Shown here in pieces: positions 50,489-60,000 of a stretch of DNA of 60,000 nt (positions are counted from its first letter, which is position 1; the number at the start of each line of letters is the position of its first letter). The position numbers and the translations under genes were made by a program. The notes beneath the pieces were generated by a model. The model did no database searches. It worked only from the letters and a program-made list of their open reading frames with translations, and had not been told where the DNA came from. Source of the DNA: Callorhinchus milii (Eukaryota). The stretch is taken from the NCBI RefSeq assembly GCF_018977255.1, contig NW_024704743.1, positions 104,720,001 to 104,780,000 on the forward strand, read 5' to 3'.

Positions 50489-50680
50489 TAAAAACAGAAG
50501 TCGCTGAAAACACGCAGCATGACAGGCAGCATCTATGGAGAGGAAAATAAGTTAACATTTCAGGTCGATAACCTTTCATCAGAACCTTTCTCTCCATAGA
50601 TGTTGCCCGACCTGTTGCGTGTTCCCAGCGACTTCTGTTTTTATTTCAGATTTCCAGCATCTGCAGTATTTTGCCTTTTG
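50489..50680. mobile_element. Penelope-type terminal-repeat palindrome containing a minimal hammerhead motif
   Basis: ~53-bp inverted arms (50490-50542 / 50590-50642); minus-strand CTGATGA-stem-GAAA core; tail TTTCAGATTTCCAGCATCTGCAGTATTTTG. Confidence 0.7.
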
Positions 50681-50884
50681 ATTACCCACTGCAAATTGAT
50701 TTGTTCCTATTTGCCATTCAAGAAAGTTGCCCTCATCTTGCCTGGCACCTTTATCTTGATTTTGGAGGCATTCTTTTGTGTTGCTTCCAAGCCAACTGAG
50801 ACTCCAAAGATGTCTCAGACGAGCTTGGAAGTCTTCTTCCAAGACCGTCTGAGGCTTCAAAGTCTTCACTTCGCTTGGAAGCCC

Positions 50885-51100
50885 GGGCTTGGAAGTCTTC
50901 ACGTCCCCCGCCTTGCCCGCCCCACCATTGGTGGTGGGGCTTCTGCCACTCTGCCCCCACACTCTGAAACTCCATCCTGCAGTCTCTCTGCCTCGCACCC
51001 TCCCTTGCCTCCTTCAAGACCCATCTCAAGACCCTCACTTCGACGGTGCTTTTGATTACCCTGCTTCCCCCCCTGTCCTCCACCCTTCCCAATCCCGACC
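50885..51100 (+). mobile_element. L2 3' fragment lacking the terminal tail
   Basis: LHVPRLARPTIGGG; CCTCCTTCAAGACCCATCTCAAGACCC; same subfamily as 41326-42055. Confidence 0.8.
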
Positions 51101-53191
51101 CATATCTTGTAATATGCATAGATGCAGCTGAATTCCATAGCCACCTTGCAAGCTCCAGTGCACACTAGTCGTATTAAACCCACATGGCGTTCTTATCAAT
51201 ACTATCTCCTTGAAACCTACCAGGAGCCTCTCTGAACGACATTATTATAGTATTTTTCCAAACGTGCGATAATTTTAAATGCACTTTTTCAGAAACTGTG
51301 AGGCTGCTACCTTTGATAAATTACAGGAAGCACAAGTTGACATGGCAAAGCCTCCCAGGATGAAAATCTAAAGGTGGTCTCATGGAAACAGGTAGATACA
51401 AACTTAATCACAAATATAATTACTTATATTTGACAGTTTCTGTTTCCAATATGTTCCACAGTCACCGCAAGGTTTAACCCACGGTCAGAGTTAACGTAAA
51501 TAACCCAACAATAAATGTAGTCTCCAGGGCGACTCGGATTTGCTAGCTTTCATCAAGAGCAGCCATCAACAAAATTTCATTAACCACTTCAGTGAATAGA
51601 ACAAGTCACTGTGGAAATAAAATCTATCGTATATGCTGGTACGTTTCTTTGAAGCAGGCAGATATCAGCTTGGTTCATTTGGTAGCATTTTTCCTTCTAG
51701 GGTAAAAGGCTATGGTTTTATCTTAAGATCTTACTCCAGGCTTTGACCTGTGGCACGATTCGAAAAGAGAAGTATGTCCAGGCCAGCATTCCTTCACATT
51801 AATTAATGATTCTCCTCAGTGGCTATTCGTGACACCTTGCTGGCACAAATGACTGCTGTGTTTTGCCTACAAAAACAGTCCCTACCTGTTTACAGTAATT
51901 ACTTGTGAAATACTTTGAGGCAATTCAACATAAGTATCTGTAGTACAATAGAAATGCATGTGCTTTCTTGTAATTTCTTCTGCACCATCCTAGCAGTATT
52001 GACACTGTATTCCTCTCCCATTAACAACAATTGCAAAATTATATTTGTAAAGCGCCTTTCATGTCAGGAGGACGTCCCAAGGCACTGAACAGTCAGGGAT
52101 CAGGACTTTAACATTTGTCATTATGCCATTAGGATGTGCAGGTCAATGTCTGAATTTACTATTCCGCTATTTTGCTTCAAGATTTCTGAACATGTCGGCC
52201 ATTTTGAACTGTCAAGTTTCATTAGCAATCTTAGCTACAAAGTTAGCCACAGACAAGAGAGTTTCTCCTGGTGTCCTGGCCAACAATCTCCCAGAGAAGA
52301 AAAATAAGTCATTCACATCACGGCTGTTTGGGGTGCTTTACTGGGCATAAATTGGTCGCCACATACAAATTCAGTCACTACAATTTACAGAAAATCTGCA
52401 AAGCACTTTTGAGACATTTCGGATGACATGCTAAGACTATATTAAATGCAAGGATTAGTATTATCTTAGCTGCCACAGAAGCATGAATCATCCTTTTCTG
52501 ATACTTTTTAATAAGACTCACACAATAGCATTCCTCCTAAACAGCCTTCAGCAACGGACGACACTCATAATCTCATTACTATTGCTTTTTAAAAAAGCAT
52601 TCAATAGGTTTTACTTCCAATTTTTGGGGTGAATAAATGCATGAAGCAGAGATGGAGGATTATTCTACAACTAACCCAAGACTGGCCTGGAATTAGTATA
52701 ATTAGAGGTAAAACGTGATGACTTTAAACATAGTTAGAATTCTTGCTGACTCTCAGGAACTCAATTACAGAAGTAGAAACGTTGGAACTACAGAGTTCCT
52801 GCAGTCAGCACAACATTTTAGATCATTTTACATATAGCTGCATCTTTAGATCCAATGTTAACACTAATAAAATTACTTCATTGACATCCCTTACGAAAAT
52901 TAGCAAAACGGGCACAAAATATTATCGTAACACAAGGCGATGTGTTTCAATAGTTTATGAGTAAATACACTACAAAGGATGTCTTGTCTCAAGAGTCATC
53001 TCAACAGCATTAAAAGTTGCTATATCAAAGGCAAAGATTATTATTATGAATATGATTTGTTGGGTTGATTGGCGCCTTCTGATCTGAACACATTCTAACA
53101 TTCTGCGATTGAAATGCAGTAATCCCCCCAATTTTACACAATGTTATTGCCTGTACTTTTCAGTTCCAAACCTTCATGTACAAGGTAACCA

Positions 53192-54002
53192 CAGTAGAGC
53201 CTCACTAATTCGATCACTTAAGTATCTGGACAAAAGTGACCTACTTCGTGTGGTGACCTGATTACTGAAACAGGTCGGGTGATTCAGGTCACTGATGTAA
53301 TGTTCAGGGCATTGATAATGGGTGAGGGTGGTGAACATTCAACAACTAGACTTTGCAATCTCATTAACATAAAGGCATCGTCACATTTAAAACAAAAACT
53401 TTCATGTATTCAGCCTTCCTTTTGAGAATGCATCCAACTTGTGTTCTGCCAATGCCATAGATCACAGCTAACTGTCTATGACTTTTGCCCTCACTGTTTT
53501 TGATTAAGTCCACACTCTCACGTAAGGACAACTCCTTCCGTGGTGGCATGTTTACAGCACTTGTCAACAGTCACTAAATCAAAAGAAACAATTTACACAC
53601 AAACCATGTGCTCTGAATGCAGCACTTACCAAGAATTGGCGGCAGGAGCTCAGGTTAGGCCGCGGGCGCCGGGTGAAGTCAATTTTCCGCTTGTGACACA
53701 CATGCACAACCAGAGCCCACTCCACCCACAGTAGCAGCATCAAGGAAACAGCACGAGAAGCCTGAGGCCTAGCGCACTGTGTTTAAGTTAGTAGTGGAGG
53801 AGGGTGTTGTACTGCGTTTATAATGGAGGAGGGTGCTGTAAAGGCCGCAATCAATGACCATTGTCCTGAATAGTGAGGTGCCCGGTTTACTGAAGCAGAC
53901 AGATTATCTTTTAGCATTGATAATGAAAGAGACTGTGAAAATGTACCTGCAATTGTGAGGCGGCTGGATTATCGAGGTGACCAAATACCGGGTTTCTATT
54001 TG
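53192..54002 (-). mobile_element. Tigger/pogo DNA transposon, internally deleted, retaining the N-terminal HTH
   Basis: Imperfect TIRs CAGTAGAGCCTCACTAATTCGATCAC / GTGACCAAATACCGGGTTTCTATTTG, TA at right flank; ORF 53364..53567 RKELSLRESVDLIKNSEGKSHRQLAVIYGIGRTQVGCILKRK resembles the CENP-B/HTH_psq N-terminus. Confidence 0.85.
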
Positions 54003-55294
54003 TAGTTACCCTAGTATGACTTTTTACGGATCATAGGTGGTGTTTTTCCTGGCTACTTATTTAAACTTGTCCCTTTACACGGAAGAGTATTAAGATTCTA
54101 ATGTTTACTTGCTTCCTATTAACTCAGTCTGTGTTCGCCGAAGTGTTTACTTTGAGACATCTCGACGATGTGAGAGGTTCTATATCAAATACAAGGATTA
54201 TTATTAATAGGGAGAGCTAGAAATGCTTATAATATTATTAGCAAATTTCATATGAAAGTAGGGTCCTTTTTTAACATTGATCACCTCTTTCAGGTTGGAG
54301 TATTCAATTCCAATACTGCCCTGAAGGGTAAATTTCAAAGTAAGAAACCACATCTTCTAATTTATTTGAATTGATGTTGCCAGGGCAAGTCCATAAAAAA
54401 TGCAGTAAATCACTTTATTATGTCTGATTTTCTGAAGACGATTAAAACGACTGTTTTATGTGAGCTCTTTCTTCATCCCATGGGAGCGATTTCAAAAAAA
54501 GTGATTGCAGATACTTTCTACGATGCTCTTCTAAAGTTTCGAGCTGTTCAGAGCTCAAACACTTTTGGAATAACCATTTGATTATTGATAGGATCATAAG
54601 ATCAAACCACCTAACTCAGAAAGGAAAGAATGTGTTGTGTTAAGATAGAACCAAAAGGTGAAGAAATAAAGCTCAGATCAAAAAATTAACTTTGCTAAAT
54701 AGCTGGAGTTAGTCTTTGTGATGAACAAATTGCTCGCAGATGCGTTTTAGGAATTTCACGTTAGGAGTAACTGGCTATAGACACTTTGTAAGCAATCTAA
54801 CAGTACAAGCCTGAAGTCCAAAACCACAGATGCTGCCCGATAAATCAAGCAGACATCTTTTAGAACTTTGTTTCCAAAAGATAAAACTTTTGCAGAAACA
54901 AATTACGTGAATTGTGCCAAATGTAAAGAGGTTATGTGCTATAGTTTTATCTAATGCTACTTTGACAATGGTTACAGGAATGTCAATAAAACAGTAAAGG
55001 CACATCTGTTTTTGTACCACAAACACATAACACACACACACACAGCATGATGTCAGAGACCCACAAGCCCTCAGAAATAGATTTCGTAACAGTGATTTAT
55101 AATCCAATCACAGTTCAACCTACAAATTGCCATTTTTTAACAAGGAATAAGAAATGCAAATAGGGATTCTTTACCTTTATTATGAAATGCTCTGAGACAC
55201 TACCTGCACTTGAATAAGGCTGTGTGAATGCAAGTTGTTTTTACAAATGTAAGTAATTCATACAGATTCAAGGGGATTCTACTCTGAACATACA

Positions 55295-55715
55295 GTAATA
55301 ATCCTTGCATTAGATATACTGCCTTAACATGTTATTGAAACGTCTTGAAGAGCTTCACAGGATTTTTACTGTGGAGTGCAGTGACTATGTATTATGAGGT
55401 GAATACGGCAACCAAGATGCTACAGTAAAGTGCGACAAACAGCCATGAAGTGAATGATCAAATTTATTTGGGGAATTGTTGGCCAGTCCAATGGGAGAAA
55501 TTCCATTCTGTTTTTGAATAGTTCCATGTGATCTCTAAACCTGAACAGGAAGACTGGACCTCAGTTTAGCATCTTATCTGAAGGACTGCAACTCCAACAA
55601 AGCTGCACACCTCTATCACTGCATTGGAGTTTTAGCCTAGGCTGTGAGTTTAAAATCCCGACTTGGGGCTTGACCTATCAACCTTCTGGCTCATGTTACC
55701 AAATGAGCCACACTT
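55295..55715 (-). mobile_element. Deu-domain SINE
   Basis: CCTGAACAGG...GGACCTCAGTTTAGCATCTTATCTGAAGGAC...CACTGCATTGGAGTTTTAGCCTAG. Confidence 0.78.
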
Positions 55716-56439
55716 TTATTGACATATGTACAGTATTGAAATGGAGAATCCACAGATCTGTTGACCTACGTCTGGTGACCTACTTTTCTTTTTTATTACC
55801 AACTGAAATCTCTTCTGGGTGTCACACTGTGAAAGGAGGCATTGTGGACATTTCCTGGAGTTACTTAAAACAAAGAAATATTGAGTGGAAGAGGACTGAT
55901 TTATGAGATACTAAACTCCAATTACCAAAATGTATCCCTTGCTATATCACGTTACTTCTAATATTTCATATTGAAAAATATGAATAAAGCAAGAATCTCT
56001 GATAACTCATCATTATTGCTGATGGAATAGCAATTGCTTTGTAAAACGGTTACCCTGAGAACAAAATTGCTTAATTACAATCTGATTTAAGATCCTCACT
56101 GATCAACTTTAGGATCCTCAGCCTGATCTTCAAATCCCTTCACACTCTTGCTCCTGCTTACCCGTTCCTCCTCAGCATTGCTGCACCACCCATGCCCTTC
56201 ACTCATTTGACTCTGATCTACCCGTTTCGCATGCTCTCCTTCAGAGGGAGTGTGACAAACCATCAGCCACTATGCCCCGCTTACTGGAACTCTCTTCAAA
56301 TTCCCTTAGCTTTGCTATCCATGCATTCAACTCCCCTCTTAAAAACGTTTTTAACCATGTCTTTGGTCAACACACTTAAGTTCTTCTTTTACTCCTCCCT
56401 GTTTGGTGCTCCCTAGCTTTTCTGTGAAGCTCTTTAAGA

Positions 56440-57297
56440 ATGATCACTCCTATGCAAAAGATGCTACGTCTTTTGCAGCCGGCCTCACGATTCACTGCCA
56501 TCTGTGGCTTGAGCACCTCCGCACCTACCGCCTCTCCATTTCACAGCCCCAAACTGGCTTTTATTCCAAAGTCATCCTGGAGGCCAAAACAACCCAAAGA
56601 CATTGTTTTCCACCGTTCATCACCTCCTCTGTCCTCAGATCAAACAAAAAGTGTGAAGAAGTCCTAGACTTTTGCGCCTCAAAGATTGAAAACATCCGCT
56701 TGGCTGCATCATGCTCCCCCCACCCCACATGTCCCCTTCCACCCTACCGAGAACATCCACATCACCTTCTCCCTTCGCCACAGCTCCCACCACTACCCCC
56801 TCCTTTCAATCCTTTGCCCCCATTTCTCTCTCCTCCCTTTCAACCACAATCACCCACATGAAGTTCACCACCTACTACCTTGAACCCCTCCCCACCCAGC
56901 TGCTGGTCACTCAACTCCCCCTTCTCTCCCCCCGCTGGCCAACACAGTCAACCAATCTCTCTCCTCAGACTCTGTTCCACTCCCCTCGTCAAAAAAACCA
57001 CCTTCGATCCCTCTAACCTCTCATACTATTGTCCCCATCTCCCTCCACTCCTGCCTCGAGCCCCTGCAGTCTAGTTTTCACCCTGCCCACTTTTGTTAAA
57101 GTCACAAACAATGTCCTCTCTATCCATGACTAGGGCTCCGTTTGCCTCCTCGTTCTCTTGGATCTCTCTGCCACGTTCGACACAGTCGACCATGCCATCC
57201 TCCTCCACCGCCTCTCCTCCTTCATCCACCTTAGTGGGATCGCACTCATATTGTTCGAGTTCTACTTAACCAATTGCCTCCACTTCATCTCAGCAAA
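56440..57297 (+). mobile_element. L2 LINE ORF2 internal fragment (pre-RT and RT start), preceded by another L2 3' remnant (~56090-56440)
   Basis: KCEEVLDFCASKIENIRLA; TGCCTCCTCGTTCTCTTGGATCTCTCTGCCACGTTCGACACAGTCGACCATG (LLDLSATFDTVDH). Confidence 0.85.
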
Positions 57298-57309
57298 TGT
57301 TTTTTTAAA

Positions 57310-57485
57310 AATTGGTCACTTCAATCCATGACTATTTGTGGGACACTGCTGTGCGCAATTGGCTGCCGTGTTTCGCCCACAAAATGTACAGGCAATTCAC
57401 TTTACAGTATATTCTGTGAAGCACTTTTGAGATGTCTCGAAGACGTGATAAGACGCTATATCAAATGCAAGGATTATTATTATTT
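57310..57485 (+). mobile_element. SINE 3' half (tail shared by Deu and tRNA-Ala SINEs)
   Basis: TTGTGGGACACTGCTGTGCGCAATTGGCTGCCG...CAAATGCAAGGATTATTATTAT. Confidence 0.85.
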
Positions 57486-59003
57486 CAAAAGATCTTAATC
57501 ATGCACTCTAATGCCAATAATTCCTACACCTTATGAGAGTTCAGCCATTCTGATCCCACTCTCTGGACCCCATCCCTCAGACTCGCTCCTTCTGTACCTT
57601 CCAAAACCCATCTTGAAATCTTTCTCTTTGACTGTCTAAGGTGTGCTCTGGAACTCCACAAGATGTGAAAGGTGGGTAAATGTAAACTATTCGTTGATGT
57701 GTGATATGTGGAACGGGAAGTAATGCAGCAGAACTTTGCAAATATCACCTATCTACTGTTTCCTGTTCACTTCTTTCATGATCTTTTCTTATAGCAAATT
57801 AAAAGTGTGCAGGTTTTGTTGGTTGCAGTGGGGAAGATCAGTTAACGTAATGTCCACCATGGCTAAATGGAGTGGCTTCCAGTTTTCAAATCCACAGAGC
57901 GAAGGGCAAACCGCAAGTCCTCAAGCAGTAAAGTCCGAAAAAAGACAGGGGAGCAATATAACTCTAGAGGACAAATGTAGCACCCAGAACACACCTGCTT
58001 CCTAGCTGGAATCAGTTAACTAGCACAAATGGAATTTGACTTTCCGGTCTTGCTTTGCGATGCCTTCAACCATCAGAGGAATTTTCTTTATTTTTGATAG
58101 ACTCTTTGCTGCAAAATTAAAATGCAATATTATGCAAAAGCCAAAGGGATGCTTATCAACTGATGCCACCATTACTCCGTCATTGACTTGCAATTACTTT
58201 GCTGCTGATGGACTTTGCAGTAATTGCTTTGAGCCAGAATTAGCACAATGGGGTAAAAGTATTAATTTGAGAAGTTTCATCTTAAGAAATTCCAACTTGC
58301 ATTATCAGGGCATTATTGTTTTTGCATCGTTGCACACCGTTCTAGCTAAGCTTGCAAAAATGCATCCAATATGTTGTTATACCAGGTGCTTATGTGTAGA
58401 AATCGCATCTAAATCTAATTTAAGTAGATTGTCTCCACATTACCATCTGCTTACCACTGATGTGATTTGAGCTCTCTTCCACTCTCCTTGAATTCTTCTC
58501 AGTGCTTCTAATGGTTCCAGCTCAATGTTAGAGCAAAGAAGCACAAATGAAAGCACAAGGCTCTGGAGTAGATCAGTTCTGTACCACTCTTAAAAGAAGA
58601 ATGGAGACTTGTGAACTTCCTTGGCCCTATTTTATATTACTAGCACCAGTACAAAGCATATTTTACATCAATTATTTGCTTGTTCTGGTGCTAAAGGGAG
58701 AAAAGCTATTTAATAGCCTTTATGTGGACTGCCACATATTCAACAGCATATTTAAATGGAATTGTCAGTACACAAAACACTGAAATTGGTATATTGCAGT
58801 TTTATTACCAATACTAAAGGGTTTTTATTACAATGTTTTTACGACGCTTAGACCAGATACTGTGCCTGAAAACAATTGTGTCTTTAAAGAACAAGAGCCC
58901 TAAAACCAGAACATCTTGTTCAAAATCTAAACTGACACATTCAAAGAGAAAAGTACTCGTTGACTCAGAAAAACCTGAACCCAGAGATCCCTCTTCCACC
59001 TGA

Positions 59004-59395
59004 TAACATAACATCAGAACAGAACACAAGAACAGAATACAATAACATAACATCAGAACAGATAACGAACAGAATGCAAGATTTTTTTTGGGGGGGTTAA
59101 CCAGGTGTCTAACTCATGTGGAAATCCATCGCCATGTTTAAGTGTATCCAATCCAACTAAGAATTCCACGAATCCCACTTAACTAAGAATACAATACAAG
59201 AACAGAATACAAGAACAGAACAGAAGAACAAAACAACAAAAAAATTATATTTATATAGTGCCTTTCACGTCAGGAGGACATCCCAAGGTGCTGGACAGAC
59301 AGAGTTACGGACCCGAGCCGAGGGTAGAGGGCAGGGGGGGAAGCAGAGAAATCAAAAGAATTCAAGATACAAGAACAAAATACAAGAACAGAACA
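59004..59395 (+). repeat. Degenerate (AGAAC/ATACA)-type low-complexity repeat with an L2 3' end (~59227-59357, minus) inserted
   Basis: Reiterated AACATAACATCAGAACAGA and ATACAAGAACAGA units; GCCTTTCACGTCAGGAGGACATCCCAAGGTGC L2 stem-loop. Confidence 0.75.
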
Positions 59396-60000
59396 TTGGC
59401 ACAAATTAATTGCACTTAGCAGTAACAAACCAAGTCTGGTCATCTCCAGAAGATATTTTATAAAGTCTTATTCAGTTGAACCAAAGACAAGGTTACTGAT
59501 CAGCATTACCTGGAACTTCAACAATACAAAAAAATACCTGTGTCTCCAGCCTTGGAATAGACTACCCAAAATTGCGCCTTTTTTTAAAACACACAATTTC
59601 AAAAACCCTTTTTTATTATAACCACTGGAACAGTGTACTATAAATTGCCTCCTGTAATTGTTTCTTTGTTTACTCTATTTATTTCTTAAACCATAAAATT
59701 CCGTTTTAAAACATGTGTCCAAGTGAATAAAGTATTAATTAATTACATTTGAGTTTATAAACACTAAAGCTTTACAGCTAAATGCATAACGAAAGTCGTA
59801 AGACTTCCACAAATAGTAAATGCAAATAGTTATTTATTTAATAGCTCTGCCATTTCACTGTGATCAAAGAACATCTACACATCATCTTTATCCTCCCTTG
59901 AAATAAATAACTTGTGCCCTTAGTGATTGATTGAGTTTGTATTTATCTATTACAAGGCATGGCACTGAGCCACAGAGATCAGGGTTGTCTTCCGTCCAAT

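Noticed and set aside
58036..58470. 144-aa ORF, and others such as 49424..49807, 11280..11696, 39056..39346
   Set aside because: No recognisable domains or splice context, mostly non-ATG starts; consistent with chance ORFs
59004..59230. Repeat units as a CRISPR-like array
   Set aside because: Degenerate low-complexity eukaryotic repeat with no constant repeat and unique spacer periodicity, and no cas genes
44982..60000. PXDNL exon 2 (DLRFNRI...) or the promoter
   Set aside because: No matching 72-nt LRR exon or CpG island seen; the only CpG-rich patch is inside the Tigger element

Overview
Vertebrate genomic DNA, AT-rich and repeat-dense. The L2/CR1 LINE, Deu-domain SINE and Penelope-type repeat content points to a cartilaginous fish, probably a holocephalan (inferred, not proven). 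The only host gene is a peroxidasin-family gene on the minus strand, best matching PXDNL. Eight coding exons (orthologous to PXDN/PXDNL exons 3-10: four 72-nt LRR exons, LRRCT, Ig1 in two exons, Ig2) have GT-AG boundaries and join in one open frame. Exons 1-2 and 11 onward were not found, so intron 2 is >15 kb and intron 10 is >20 kb. The rest is intronic: many L2 and CR1 fragments, at least three SINE families, a Tigger derivative, a Penelope-type palindrome with a decayed hammerhead ribozyme, hairpin MITE-like elements and a U2 snRNA 5' fragment. I found no new multi-gene system. The best second-look items are the apparently chimeric young SINE sharing a covarying 3' stem-loop with apparently active L2, a perfect 26-bp templated inversion, the hammerhead, the U2 fragment, and possible circRNA and intronic-poly(A) architectures. 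TE boundaries are approximate and family names come from recognition, not database search.
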